DNA from: an uncultured Actinomycetota bacterium
GTDB taxonomy: Bacteria > Actinomycetota > Actinomycetes > Actinomycetales > Dermatophilaceae
Reading direction: 5' to 3'
Length of the DNA stretch: 64,000 nt
NCBI GenBank assembly: GCA_963726675.1
Contig: CAVSDQ010000016.1
Span: forward strand, 131,126-195,125
The position numbers and the translations under genes were made by a program. This document shows, piece by piece, positions 9,878 through 22,938 of this stretch; the stretch's first letter is position 1; each line of letters starts with the position of its first letter. The notes beneath the pieces were generated by a model. It did not search any database, was not told the origin of the DNA, and saw nothing but the letters and a program-made list of their open reading frames with translations.

Positions 9878-10906
9878 TCAGCCGACGCGGGTGACCACGC
9901 CGGTCGCCAGGGCGTAGAGGGCGTCCTTGGCGTCGCTGTCGGGCAGCGAGCCGAGCACGTCCTGCGCCTGGCGGGCGACGGCATACGTGTGCTCGCGCGC
10001 GAGGTCCATCGCACGGTGCCCGCGCAGCAGGCCCAGCGCCTCGGCGAGCCGCGCGTCGTCCTCGAGGTCGCCGGTGAGCAGCGTGCGCAGCCGGTCGTCG
10101 GCGGGGTCGCCGGAGGTGAGCACGTGGATGACCGGCAGCGTGCGCTTGCCCTCGCGCAGGTCGGTGCCCGGGGTCTTGCCGGTCTCGTCGGCCTCGGACT
10201 CGATGTCGATCAGGTCGTCGGCGAGCTGGAAGGCGACGCCGAGCAGCTCGCCGAACTCGCGCATCGTTGCGATCGTGGCCTCGTCGCAGCCACCGAACAT
10301 CGCGCCGTAGCGGGCCGCCGTGGCGATGAGCACCCCGGTCTTGTCGGCGAGCACGCCGAGGTAGTAGTCGACCGGGTCGGTGCCCGGCGGGCAGGGGCGG
10401 TCGTCGCGGATCTGTCCCGAGCACAGCCGCACGAAGGTCTGGGCCTGGATCTTCACGGCCTGCGGGCCGAGGTCGGCCACGATGTCGGAGGCGGTGCCGA
10501 AGAGCAGGTCGCCGACCAGGATGGCGGTGGAGTTGCCGTAGGCGGCGTTGGCGCTCGAGGCACCCCGCCGCACCTGGGCCTCGTCCATGACGTCGTCGTG
10601 GTAGAGCGAGGCGAGGTGGGTCAGCTCGACCCCGGTGGCGGCGGCCACGACGCGCTCGTCGATGCCGTCGCCCAGCTCGGCCGCGAGCAGCGTCAGCAGC
10701 GGTCGGAACCGCTTGCCACCGGCTGCCGTGAGGTGCGAGCCGGCCTGGGCGATGAACGGGTCGTCGGAGTCGACGCGCGCCGCGATGAGCGCGTTGACGG
10801 CGGCGAGCCCCTCGGCGAGCCGCACCCGCAGCCGCTGCGAGGCACCGGGCAGCTCGAGCACCGAGGGGGTGCCGCGCTGGACCGGTTCCGCTGTCACAGG
10901 GGTCAC
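9878..10906 (-). CDS. Polyprenyl diphosphate synthase (menaquinone side chain)
   Basis: GGKRFRP, HDDVMD..RRG, FQLADDLID, GTDLREGK. Confidence 0.93.
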   Translation of the reverse strand: MTPVTAEPVQRGTPSVLELPGASQRLRVRLAEGLAAVNALIAARVDSDDPFIAQAGSHLTAAGGKRFRPLLTLLAAELGDGIDERVVAAATGVELTHLASLYHDDVMDEAQVRRGASSANAAYGNSTAILVGDLLFGTASDIVADLGPQAVKIQAQTFVRLCSGQIRDDRPCPPGTDPVDYYLGVLADKTGVLIATAARYGAMFGGCDEATIATMREFGELLGVAFQLADDLIDIESEADETGKTPGTDLREGKRTLPVIHVLTSGDPADDRLRTLLTGDLEDDARLAEALGLLRGHRAMDLAREHTYAVARQAQDVLGSLPDSDAKDALYALATGVVTRVG

Positions 10907-12474
10907 AACAGGAACTGCGAGGCGTTGCTCGCGATCTCGAGCAGGAAGCTGGGCACGATGCCGAGCACCACGGTGGCGGCGACGCCGGCCGTGATGGCCA
11001 CGGTCGACCCGATCGACGGGGTCAGCACGACCACGTCGTCGTCGTCACCGGGCGCCTCGGTGAAGTACATCAGCACGATCAGCCGGACGTAGACGAACGC
11101 CGTGACGGCCGACGCCAGCACCGCGATGAGCACGAGCAGCGCGCCACCCGCACCGGTGGCGACCGCGGGCGAGAACGCGGCGTACTTGGCGGTGAAGCCC
11201 GAGGTCAGCGGGATGCCGGCGAAGGCGAGCAGCAGGAACGAGAACGTCGCCGCGAACACCGGGTGGTGGCGGCCGAGACCGGCCCACTGCGACAGGTGCG
11301 AGGCCTCCGAGCCGCCCTGGCGCACCATGGCGACCATGCCGAACGCAGCGACCGTGGCGAAGCCGTAGGCCACGAGGTAGAACATGACGCCGCCGATCGC
11401 GGCCTGCGAGAACGCCAGCACACCGACGAGGATGAAGCCGGCGTGGGCGATCGAGGAGTAGGCGAGCAGGCGCTTGACGTCGGTCTGGGTGACCGAGAGC
11501 ACCGCGCCGACGACCATGGTGAGCACGGCGATGGCGTAGATGCCGCCCTGCCAGTCCCAGCGGTCGGCACCGACGCCGACGAACGCCACCCGCAGGATCA
11601 CGCCGAACGCCGCGAGCTTGGTGCAGGCGGCCATGAAGCCGGTGACCGGGGTGGGCGCGCCCTGGTAGGCGTCGGGCGTCCACGAGTGGAACGGCACCGC
11701 GCCGACCTTGAAGAGCAGGCCGACGAGCAGGAGGACCACCCCGGGGATGAGCAGCCCGTCGAGGTCGCCGGATGCCGTCGAGATCGCCGTGGAGATGGCG
11801 CGCAGGTCCGAGGAGCCCGCGTAGCCGAACAGCAGGGCGGAGCCGAAGAGGAAGAATGCGCTGGAGAAGCCACCGAGCAGGAAGTACTTCAGGGCGGCCT
11901 CCTGCGACAGCAGGCGACGGCGGCGGGCGAGCCCGGTCAGCACGTAGAGCGGCAGCGAGAGCACCTCGAGGCCGACGAACATGGTGATCAGGTCGTTGGC
12001 GGTGAGGAAGACCATCATCCCCAGCACGGCGAACAGGGTGAGCGGGAAGACCTCGGAGGTGGCATACCCGGCCCGGGTGGCGATGTCCTCCTGGTTGGAG
12101 CCCGGCGTGGAGGCGCCCATGGGGGTGAACGCGTCGCCCCCGACGCCACCGAACCGCTCGCCCATGATGAGCACGCTGATCACCGCGAGCAGCAGCAGGG
12201 CGCCCATCAGGAAGACCGAGACGCCGTCGACGACGACCGAGCCGCCCAGGGTGACGGTCTGGTTGTCGCGCGACCAGACCAGCAGCGCGACGAACGCGCC
12301 GAGCAGCACCAGCGTGGTCAGCCACACCTGGATGCCGTGCCGGGCGCGCCGGGGCGCGAACGCCTCGACGAGCACCCCGACGAGCGACCCGATGACGACG
12401 ACGAGGATCGGGGCGATGGCGGCGTAGTCGACGTCGACGGACTGGAACTCGGCGGCGATCACGGCGGCGGTCAC
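10903..12474 (-). CDS. nuoN: NADH-quinone oxidoreductase subunit N
   Basis: EAALKYF, FKVGAVPFHSWTPDAYQGAP, KRLLAYSSIAHAG; intact. Confidence 0.95.
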   Translation of the reverse strand: MTAAVIAAEFQSVDVDYAAIAPILVVVIGSLVGVLVEAFAPRRARHGIQVWLTTLVLLGAFVALLVWSRDNQTVTLGGSVVVDGVSVFLMGALLLLAVISVLIMGERFGGVGGDAFTPMGASTPGSNQEDIATRAGYATSEVFPLTLFAVLGMMVFLTANDLITMFVGLEVLSLPLYVLTGLARRRRLLSQEAALKYFLLGGFSSAFFLFGSALLFGYAGSSDLRAISTAISTASGDLDGLLIPGVVLLLVGLLFKVGAVPFHSWTPDAYQGAPTPVTGFMAACTKLAAFGVILRVAFVGVGADRWDWQGGIYAIAVLTMVVGAVLSVTQTDVKRLLAYSSIAHAGFILVGVLAFSQAAIGGVMFYLVAYGFATVAAFGMVAMVRQGGSEASHLSQWAGLGRHHPVFAATFSFLLLAFAGIPLTSGFTAKYAAFSPAVATGAGGALLVLIAVLASAVTAFVYVRLIVLMYFTEAPGDDDDVVVLTPSIGSTVAITAGVAATVVLGIVPSFLLEIASNASQFLL

Positions 12475-14064
12475 TTGGTGCTCCCGGAGGCGTTGGTCGG
12501 CGTGGGGTCGGTGACGCCGACGTAGGTCAGCGTGCGGTCGACGGCCGGGTTGAGGATGTCGAGCACGGGCTTCGGGAAGAAGCCGAGCAGGATGAACGAG
12601 GCGATGATCGGCACCACGACGACCTTCTCGCGGATCGACAGGTCCGCGGGGCCTCGCCCTCGGCGAAGCTCGGCTTCGGCCCGGTCATCGTCCGCTGGTA
12701 CATCAGCAGGATGTAGAGCGCGGCCAGCACGGTGCCCAGACGTCGCGATGACGGCGGCCACCTCGTAGCGCATGAAGGTGCCCTGCAGCACCAGGAACTC
12801 CGAGACGAACGACGACAGGCCGGGCAGGGCCAGGCTGGAGAGCCCGACCACCAGGAACGACCCGGCGAGCACCGGGGTGACCCGCTGCCAGCCGCCGTAG
12901 TCGGGGATCCGCTGGGAGCCGCGGCGGGCGACGAGGAAGCCGGCCAGCAGGAACAGCCCGGCGGTCGAGAAGCCGTGGTTGACCATGTAGAGGGTCGAGC
13001 CCGCGCCGCCGACGCTGGTGAGCGCGAAGATGCCGATCACGATGAAGCCGAAGTGGCTGACCGACGTGTAGGCGATGAGCCGCATCATGTCGGTCTGGCC
13101 GATCGCCAGCAGCGCGCCGTAGATGATCGAGATGACGGCCAGGATGATGACCACCGGCGTCGCCCACTTCGACGGCCTCCGGGAACAGCGGGAGGCAGAA
13201 CCGGATCATCCCGAAGGTGCCGACCTTGTCGAGGACGCCGACGAGCAGCACCGCGGTCGCGGGGCGCGCCTCGGCGGCGGCATCCGGCAGCCAGGTGTGC
13301 ACCGGCAACATCGGCGCCTTGATCGCGAACGCGATGAAGAACCCGACGAACATCCAGCGCAGCGCCGTGGTCGACGCGTCGAGGTTGCCGGTGAGGTTGG
13401 TCGATCAGGAAGCCGTCCTGCGCCGCCGGGCCCGGCGATGTAGACCGCGATGACGGCGACGAGCATGATCAGCCCGCCGGCGAGCGAGAAGAGCAGGAAC
13501 TTGACCGCGGCGTACTGCCGGCGCGGCCCGCCGAACAGGCCCGATCAGGAAGTAGACCGGGATCAGCATCGCCTCGAAGAAGACGTAGAACAGGAAGACG
13601 TCGGTGGCGGCGAAGACGCCGACCATGAACGTCTCGAGCACCAGCATCAGCGCGAAGTAGCGCTTGTTGCGCACCGCGAGGGCGTGCGCGGCATCCGCGG
13701 CCTCGTCGTCGCTGAGCGACTCGTCGACGACGGGGTGAGGTCGTTCCACGCGGCGAGCAGGCAGACCGGCACGAGGATGGCGGCCAGCACGATGAGCGAC
13801 AGGCGCGATGCCGTCGACGCCGAGGGCGTAGCAGACCCCGAACTGCGGGATCCACGGGTGCACCTCGGCGAACTGGAACTGCTCGCCGAGTCCCGGCGTC
13901 GAACCGCACCCAGGCCAGCACGGCCAGCACCAGCGTGACCAGCGAGAACGCCGAGGGCCACCGGCTTCGCCTGGCGCGCGGCGTTGCCGGGCAGCGCAGC
14001 GACGACGAGCCGCGCCGAGCAGCGGCACCACCATCATCAGGGTGAGCAGGGGCAGGGAGTTCAC
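12471..14064 (-). CDS. nuoM: NADH-quinone oxidoreductase subunit M (frameshifted)
   Basis: [39 protein letters not shown] across frames. Confidence 0.9.
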
Positions 14065-16013
14065 TGGATCACCCACAGAGCGCCGAGGATGACGACGACA
14101 CCGGCGAGCATCGTCAGGGCATACGACCGGACGAAGCCGGTCTGGAGCGTGGCGCAGCCTCGAGCGAGAGCCCGCCGACCAGGGCCGCCAGGCCACCGAC
14201 CGCGCCGTCGACCCCGCGCGCGTCGACGAAGACCAGCGCGCGGGTCAGGTGCATGCCGGGACGCATGAACAGGCCCTCGTTGACGCGCGTCCTGGTAGAG
14301 GTCGCTGCGGGCCGCCCGGGTGAGCGCCGAGCCCTTGGGAGCGACCTCGGGCACGACGTCGGCGCCGTAGCGACGCCAGGCCAGGAACGCGCCCGCGATG
14401 ACCAGCACCAGGGTGACCACCATGAGCACGTCGGCCGGGATGACCGGGTGCTGGTCGGCCGGCTCGCCGACGACCGGCGCCAGCCAGTGGTGATGATGCC
14501 GGTCGCGGCCGAGGATGAGGCCGAGGAAGGCCGAGCCGAGCGCGAGCATCATCATCGGCACGGTCATGGTGAGCGGCGACTCGTGCGGGTGCTGGTCGTC
14601 CTCGGTCCAGCGCTTCTCGCCGTGGAAGGTCATGAAGAACAGCCGGGACATGTAGAAGGCCGTGATGCCGGCGCCGAGCATGGCGCGCGCCAGCCGAAGA
14701 CCCAGGGCTGCCAGCCGTCGCCGACGAAGGCCGACTCGATGATCTTGTCCTTGGACCAGAAGCCGGAGAACGGCGGGACGCCGATGATGGCCAGCCAGCC
14801 CAGGCCGAAGGTGACCCAGGTGATCTTCATGACGACCGACAGCGCGCCGAAGCGGCGCATGTCGACCTGGTCGTTCATGCCGTGCATGACCGAGCCGGCC
14901 CCGAGGAACATCCCGGCCTTGAAGAAGCCGTGGGTGAGCAGGTGGAAGATCGCGAAGGCGTAGCCGACCGGGCCGAGCCCGGCGGCCAGCATCATGTAGC
15001 CGATCTGGCTCATCGTGGAGGCCGCGAGCGCCTTCTTGATGTCGTCCTTGGCGCAGCCGACGATCGCCCCGAAGATCAGCGTGATCGCGCCGACGATCGC
15101 CACGGCGAGCCGCGCGTTCGGGCGTGGCGCTGAAGATCGGACGTCGGAGCGCACGATGAGGTAGACGCCGGCGGTCACCATGGTCGCGGCGTGGATGAGC
15201 GCGGAGACCGGTGTCGGGCCGGCCATCGCGTCGCCCAGCCAGGACTGCAGCGGGAACTGCGCCGACTTGCCGCAGGCGCCGAGCAGCAGCAGCAGGCCGA
15301 TCGCGGTCAGCGACGCCCGGGTTGGCGGTGGCCACGCCCGCGACGACGGTCGGTGAAGTCGACCCCGCCGAAGGTCGACGAACATCAGCATGATCGCGAT
15401 GATCAGACCGAGGTCACCGACCCGGTTGACGACGAACGCCTTGTTGGCGGCGGTCGCGTAGACCGGGTTGCAGTTCCAGAAGCCGATCAGCAGGTACGAC
15501 GCCAGGCCGACGCCCTCCCAGCCGACGAAGAGCAGCAGGTAGGAGTCGGCGAGCACCAGCAGCAGCATCGAGGCGACGAACAGGTTGAGGTAGGCGAAGA
15601 AGCGCCGCCTGTCGGGGTCGTGCTCCATGTAGGCCACGGAGTAGACGTGGATCAGCGACCCGACGAAGGTCACGAGCAGCACGAAGGCCATCGACAGCGG
15701 GTCGACCAGCATGCCCGGCGTCGAGCTGGAACGAGCCGGCCGGGATCCAGTCGAACAGGTGCAGGTCGAAGGCCCGCGCCGTCCGGCGGCTTGCTGAGCA
15801 TCGCGAGCTGGATCATGACGACCAGGCCGACGACGAAGCGCGACCCACGGCACGACGGTGCCGAGGTACGTGCCCCGAGCTGTCGGTGCGCCGCCCGCCG
15901 AGCAGCAGGATCGCGGCACCGAGCAGCGGCAGCGCGACGAGCAGCCACGTGAGCGTGACGCTCCGCTCGGCGTCTGGCCAGCCGAGCGCCTGCCGAAGGT
16001 GAGTGAGGTGCAC
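14061..16013 (-). CDS. nuoL: NADH-quinone oxidoreductase subunit L (frameshifted)
   Basis: [58 protein letters not shown]. Confidence 0.92.
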
Positions 16014-16023
16014 TGGTCGCTCC

Positions 16024-16325
16024 TTACAGCTTCAGCAGGTTCGCGTCGTCGACCGAGACCGAGCGGCGGGCACGGAAGATCGCCATGATGATCGCGAGCC
16101 CGACGACGACCTCCGCCGCGGCCACCACCATGACGAAGAGGGCGAGCACCTGGCCGTCGAGCGTGCCGTGGATCCGGGCGAACGTGACGAAGGCGAGGTT
16201 GGTCGCGTTGAGCATGAGCTCGACGCCCATGAAGACGATGATCGCGTTGCGGCGCAACAGCACGGTCGCTCGCGCCGATCGCGAACAGGATCGTCGCCAG
16301 GTAGATGTAGTTGATCGAGGTTCAT
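16024..16325 (-). CDS. nuoK: NADH-quinone oxidoreductase subunit K (frameshifted)
   Basis: [28 protein letters not shown]. Confidence 0.92.
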
Positions 16326-17109
16326 CGCTGCGCTCCCCTCCTCGATCCTCGCGTTCGATCTGGGCCTCGGCCTCCCGTAGACCTCCGGTGGAGAGGTTCT
16401 GGTCGCGGGCCGTGAGCACGCGCGAGACCGACGCCTCGGCCGGCGTGCCGTCGGGCAGCAGGGCCGGGGTGTCGACGGCGTTGTGCCGGGCGTAGACACC
16501 GGGCGCCGGCAGGCCGGCCGAGGTGCTCGCCGCTCGCGGAAGCGGCGCCTGCGACGCACTCGCGCTGGTTGAGCTCGCGGTCGAGCCGCTCGCGGTGGGC
16601 CAGCACCATCGCGCCGAGCGCGGCGGTGATCAGCAGCGCGCTGGTGATCTCGAAGACCCAGACGTACTGCCGAAGATCAGCTCGGCGAGCCCGATGACGT
16701 TGCCGGCTCGTCGGCGTTGGTCGCGCCGACGCCCGGGCGTGCCGACGGTGACCTGGCCGATGGCGGCGATCAGCAGGATGCCGGCGAGCCCGATGCTCGA
16801 GCAGGCAGGCCGACCCAGCGCTGACCCTTGATCGTCTCGACCAGGCGAGTCGGAGGAGTCGACGCCGACCAGCATCAGCACGAAGAGGAACAGCATCATG
16901 ACCGCGCCGGTGTAGACGAAGATCTGGACGATGCCGAGGAAGTCGGCGTCCTGGGCGATGTAGAACACGCCCAGGATGATCATCATCATCGCCATGCCGA
17001 TCGCCGCGTGCACGGCCTTGCTGGCGAAGAGCAGCCAGCGCGGGACGCCGACGACGCGCGAGCGATCCGAGGATGTCAGAACAGCGTCTGCCTCGCCGGA
17101 GCTCGTCAC
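16322..17109 (-). CDS. nuoJ: NADH-quinone oxidoreductase subunit J (frameshifted)
   Basis: [29 protein letters not shown]; position in operon. Confidence 0.88.
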
Positions 17110-17732
17110 GAGGCTCACCTCCGCGTCGTCGCCCGTGCGGCGTGTGGGCCTCGACGCAAGGCTGCCGCTGCGCTGTCGGTGGCCGCGGCGACCTTGCCCT
17201 GGTAGTAGTCGCGCTCCTCGAGGCCGTCGACCATCGGGATACGGCGGCTGGAGCATGCCCTGCCTGCAGCGGGGCGAGCAGCTGGTCCTTGGTCGAAGAT
17301 CAGGTCGGCGCGGTTGTTGTCGGCGAGCTCGTACACGTTGGTCATCGTGAGCGCGCGGGTCGGGCAGGCCTCGATGCACAGCCCGCAGAAGATGCAGCGC
17401 AGGTAGTTGATCTGGTAGACGCGGCCGTAGCGCTCACCGGGGCAGAACCGGCCGGCACCGCCCTCGGTGTCGTCGTTGTTCGCACCCTCGACGAGGATCG
17501 CGTCGGCCGGGCAGGCCCAGGCGCACAGCTCGCAGCCGACGCACTTCTCCAGGCCGTCGGGATGCCGGTTGAGCTGGTGGCGACCGTGGAACCGCGGCGC
17601 GGTCGGGCGCTTCTCCTCGGGGTACTCCTCGGTGTCCACCTTGCGGAACATCGTGGCGAAGGTGACCCCGAAACCACCGACGGGGGCGAACAGGTCGGAG
17701 AAGAAGCCGGACTTCTTCTGCTCGTCAGCCAC
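17106..17732 (-). CDS. nuoI: NADH-quinone oxidoreductase subunit I (3' end approximate, frameshifted)
   Basis: [12 protein letters not shown] and [12 protein letters not shown] 4Fe-4S motifs. Confidence 0.93.
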
Positions 17733-19114
17733 GAACGGCCTCCTTGGTCTCGCTGCCCGCAGCGTCAGCGCGCCGGTGCGTCGACCGCGAAGGCTCGCGC
17801 AGGCGCTGACCGGGCAGTGGCGGCACCGGGTAGCCCCCGGCGAACGGGTCGATCTCCTCGGGCACGCCGGGGTGCGACGAGGCGTCCCTGGCCTCGGCGC
17901 GGCGGTCCCACATCCAGCCGAAGACCAGGGCGAGCACGGCGATCACGCCGACGAGGAACAGCGAGATGACCGGGAACGAGCGCCCGGCGAAGTCGACGGT
18001 GCCGCCGAGCCAGCCGTTCTGGCCGGCGCGGAAGAACGCCACGAGCACGACCCAGGTCAAGGTGGCCGGGATGAGGAACTTCCAGCCGAAGCGCATGAAC
18101 TGGTCGTAGCGCACCCGCGGCAGCGAGCCGCGCAGCCAGACGAACACGAACATGAACATCCACAGCTTGGCGATGAACCAGAGCAGGCCCCAGTAGCCGT
18201 CGTTGAACATGCCGCCGTTGATGGCCGCGATGCCGGGGGGCGCCTGCCAGCCGCCGAGGAACATGGTGGTGGCGAGCGCGGCGACGGTGAACATGTTGAT
18301 GTACTCGCCGAGGAAGAACATCGCGAAGCGCATCGAGCCGTACTCGGTGTGGAAGCCACCGGTGAGCTCGCCCTCGCCCTCGGCGAGGTCGAACGGCAGC
18401 CGGTTGGTCTCGCCGACCATGGTGATGACGTAGACGACGAAGCTGAAGAACGCCGGGATGACGAACCACAGGCTCGACTGCGCCGCGACGATCTGCGAGG
18501 TCGACATCGAGCCGGCGTAGAGGAACACGGCGACCAGCGACAGGCCCATCGCGATCTCGTAGGAGATCATCTGGGCCGACGAGCGCAGCGCCACCCATCA
18601 GCGGGTAGGTCGAGCCGGAGGACCAGCCGGCGAGCACGATGCCGTAGACGCCGATCGCCGGCCACGGCGAGCACGAGCAGCACCGCGACCGAGGTGTCGG
18701 TGAGCTGCAGCGGCGTGGTGTGCCCGAACATCGAGACCTCGCCGGCCGAGCGGGATGATCGCGAACGAGACGAAGCACATGGTGGCCGTGATGAGCGGGG
18801 CCAGGATGAAGACGAACACGTCGGCCGCCTTGGGCCGGACGTCCTCCTTGAGCATCGACTTCATGCCGTCGGCCAGGGTCTGCAGCAGGCCGAAGGGGCC
18901 GTTGCGGTTGGGGCCGGGGCGCTGCTGCATGCGGCCGATGACGCGGCGCTCGAACCAGATGACGAGCAGCGTCGAGATCAGCAGGTAGACGAAGATGATC
19001 AGCGCCTTGACCAGGCTCAGCCACAGCGGGGTGTCGCTGAAGTCGGCGACCGGGTTGTCGGTGTTGCCCGTGGCGGTCGAGACCGGCCAGCGGCAGGGCC
19101 AGCAACGCGCTCAT
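17725..19114 (-). CDS. nuoH: NADH-quinone oxidoreductase subunit H (frameshifted)
   Basis: [39 protein letters not shown]. Confidence 0.93.
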
Positions 19115-21614
19115 GCGCGTACCTCCTTCGGTGACGGAGACGAGCGGCTCCCGGCGCCCCGGCGAGGGCGGCCCGCAGGTCGCTGCCCACCGAGTTGGTC
19201 GGCAGCCACACGACGTGGTCGGCCATCTCGGACGACCAGCACGGGGGCGGTGACGGTCGTGCCGCCGCACCCGCACGGTCAGCGCGTCGCCTTCGACGAC
19301 ACCCAGGTCGGATGCCGTGGCGGCCGACAGCCGGGCGACCGGGCGGGGCGCGGTGCCCGCGAGGAACGGCTCGCCGTCCTGCAGCGAGCCATGGTCGAGC
19401 AGGTGGCGCCAGGTGGCGAGCACCAGGGTGCCCTCCTCGACACTCGGCACGTCGCCGGCCTCGACGGCCGGGGCCGCTGCGCGCGCACCCTGCCACGGGC
19501 CCAGCGCCGCCATCTCGGCGCGCACCTCGCGCACCGTGCGGGTGCCGAGGAACTCACCCATCTCGTCGGCGAGCATGTCGAGCGCCCGGTAGTCGCTGAC
19601 CTGCGATGGAGGCGATGACCGCCTCGAAGCTGCGGACCCGGCCCTCCCAGTCGACGAAGGTGCCGGCCTTCTCGGCGTGCGCCGCGACCGGCAGCACGAC
19701 GTCGGCCACCGCGGTGACCGCCGACGGGCGGATCTCGAGCGAGACGACGAACGGGCGGGTGAAGGCGTCGACGGCACCCGCGACCCGCGAGGTCGAGCGG
19801 GTCGACACCACCGACGACCAGCGCGTCGAGCTCGCCGGATGCCGCGGCGGCCACGATGCCGGCCGTGTCGCGACCCGCGGTGTCGGCGAGGGACGCCACG
19901 CCCCAGGCGGACGCGACCTCGGCGCGCGCCGCGGCATCCGCCAGCGGGCGCCCACCGGGCAGCAGGGTCGGGAGCGCACCGGCCTCGAGCGCGCCGCGCT
20001 CACCGGCGCGGCGGGGCACCCAGGCGAGCCGGGCGCCGGTGGCCTCGGCCAGCGCGACGACGGCGGTCAGCGCACCCGGCACGGTCGCGAGCCGCTCGCC
20101 GACGAGCACCACGGCGTTGTCGCGCAGGCCCTGGCCGGCGGCCGCGACGACGTCGGTGCCGGAGCCCTCGGCGAGAGCGCCGAGCACCTCGGGCTCGGTG
20201 CCGGGGGCGGTGGGGATGAGCGTGCCGCCCACCTTGGCCAGGCCGCGGGTCGCGACCGGGGCCACGGCATACACGGCGGTGCGGTGCTTGCGGAACGCCT
20301 TGCGCAGGCGCAGGAACACGATCGGGCGACTCGTCCTCGGGCTCGAGGCCGACGAGCAGCACGGTGCCGGCCGACTCGAGGTCGGCGTAGGTGACCGCGC
20401 CACCGTCGGGGCCGGTGGCCACGACGGAGGAGGCGAGGAAGTCGGCCTCCTCGGCGGAGTGCGGCCGGGCCCGGAAGTCGACGTCGTTGGTGCCGAGCAC
20501 GGTGCGCGCGAACTTGGCGTAGGCGTAGGCGTCTTCGGTGCCGACCCGGCCGCCGACGAGCACGCCGGCGGCCGGTCGCGGCGCGCAGGCCGGCGGCGGC
20601 GGCCTCGAGGGCCTCGGCGCCACGACGCCACGCGCAGCTCACCGTCGTCGTCGCGCACCATGGGCAGCTCGAGGCGGTCGCCGACCGAGGTGTAGGCGAA
20701 GGCCCAGCGGCCCTTGTCGCAGTTCCACTCCTCGTTGACCGCCGGGTCGTTCTGCGCCATCCGGCGCAGCACGGTGCCGCGGCGGTGGTCGGTGCGCATC
20801 GCGCAGCCGCTGGCGCAGTGCTCGCACACGCTCGGGGTCGACACCAGGTCGAACGGGCGGGAGCGGAAGCGGTAGGCGGCGCCGGTGAGCGCGCCGACCG
20901 GGCAGATCTGCACGGTGTTGCCGGAGAAGTAGCTCTCGAACGGCTGGTCCTCGTAGATGCCGACCTGCTGCAGCGCGCCCCGCTCGACGAGCGCGATGAA
21001 CGGGTCGCCGGCGATCTGCTCCGAGAAGCGGGTGCAGCGCGCGCACAGCACGCAGCGCTCGCGGTCGAGCAGCACCTGCGTGGAGATGTTGATCGGCTTG
21101 GGGTAGGTGCGCTTGACGTCCTCGAAGCGCGAGGTGGAGCGGCCGTGGCTCATCGCCTGGTTCTGCAGGGGGCACTCGCCGCCCTTGTCGCAGACCGGGC
21201 AGTCGAGCGGGTGGTTGATGAGCAGCAGCTCCATGACGCCCTGCTGCGCCTTGTCGGCACCCTCGGACGAGTACTGCGTCTTGACGACCATGCCCGGCGG
21301 CCACCGTCATCGTGCACGAGGCCTGCGGCTTCATCCGGCCGGGAGGACCCTGCATCTGGGTCGGCTCGCCCGGCGTGCCGTCGGGGCCGGGGCGACCCGG
21401 CATCCACACCTCGACGAGGCACTGGCGGCACGCGCCGACCGGGTCGAGCAGCGGGTGGTCGCAGAACCGCGGGATCTCGATGCCGACCTCTTCGGCGGCC
21501 CGGATGATCAGGGTGCCCTTGGGCGACCGACACCTCGCGGTCGTCGATCGTCAGGGTGACCAGGTCGGCCGCTGGCGGCGCGGCGGGGCTGGTCTTTTCC
21601 GGCGTCATCGTCAT
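19111..21614 (-). CDS. nuoG: NADH-quinone oxidoreductase subunit G (frameshifted)
   Basis: [47 protein letters not shown]. Confidence 0.93.
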
Positions 21615-22938
21615 GCGGGCACGCTGTCCTTGTCGTCCTTGGCGAACAGCGTCGACGCCTTCGGGTCGAACGGGCAGCCGCCGTGCGTGAGGTGCGCGAT
21701 GTACTCGTCGCGGAAGTACTGGATGCGAGCTGGTGATGGGGCTGGTGGCGCCGTCGCCCAGGGCGCAGAAGCTGCGGCCGAGGATGTTGTCGCAGATGTC
21801 GAGCAGCTTGTCGAGGTCGTCCTCGCTGCCCTCGCCCTGCTCGAGCCGGCCGAGGATCTGCTTGAGCCACCAGGTGCCCTCGCGGCACGGGGTGCACTTG
21901 CCGCAGGACTCGTGCTTGTAGAAGTCGGTCCAGCGGTCGACGGCACGCACCACGCACACCGTCTCGTCGAAGATCTGCAGCGCGCGGGTGCCGAGCATCG
22001 AGCCGGCCGCGCCGACCGACTCGAAGTCGAGCGGCACGTCGAGGTGCTGGTCGGTGAACAACGGGGTCGACGAGCCACCGGGGGTCCAGAACTTCAGCGC
22101 CTTGTCGGGGTCGCGCATGCCACCGGCCATGTCGAGCAGCTCGCGCATGGTGATGCCGAGCGGGGCCTCGTACTGGCCGGGGTTCTTGACGTGCCCGGAG
22201 AGGCTGAAGATGCCGAAGCCGGTGGACTTCTCGGTGCCCATGCCGGTGAACCAGTCGACGCCCTCGAGGATGATGCCGGGCACCGACGCGATCGACTCGA
22301 CGTTGTTGACCGACGGTCGGGCCGGGCGTACAGGCCCGCGACGCCGGGGAACGGCGGCTTGCTGCGCGGCTGGCCGCGGCGGCCCTCGAGGCTGTCGAGG
22401 AGCGCGGTCTCCTCGCCGCAGATGTAGGCGCCGGCGCCGGCGTGCACGGTGATGTGCAGGTTGGCGCCGGTGCCGTGCACGTCGTCGCCGAGGTGGCCTG
22501 CGGCGTAGGCCTCCTCGACCGCGCGCAGCAGGCGGCGGTAGACGTGGACGACCTCGCCGCGCAGGTAGATGAAGGCGTGCTTGCAGCCGATCGCGAACGA
22601 GCGTGATGTGACGCCCTCGATGAGGCACGTGCGGGTTGGCCATCATCAGCGGGATGTCCTTGCAGGTGCCCGGCTCGGACTCGTCGGCGTTGACGACGAG
22701 GTAGCGCGGGCCACCGTCGGGCGGGGCCAGGAAGCGACCACTTCATGCCGGTCGGGAAGCCGGCGCCGCCGCGGCCGCGCAGGCCGGAGTCCTTGACGGC
22801 CTGGATGATCGCGCCGGCTCCATGCCGAGCGCCTTGTCGAGCGCCCGGTAGCCGTCGTGCTTCTTGTAGGTCTCCAGGGTCCACGACTTCGGGTCGTCCC
22901 AGAAGGCGCTGAGGATGGGCGTGAGCGGTGGTCGCCAT
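21611..22938 (-). CDS. nuoF: NADH-quinone oxidoreductase subunit F (frameshifted)
   Basis: SGLRGRGGAGFPTG, GAGAYICGEETAL, HESCGKCTPCREG. Confidence 0.93.
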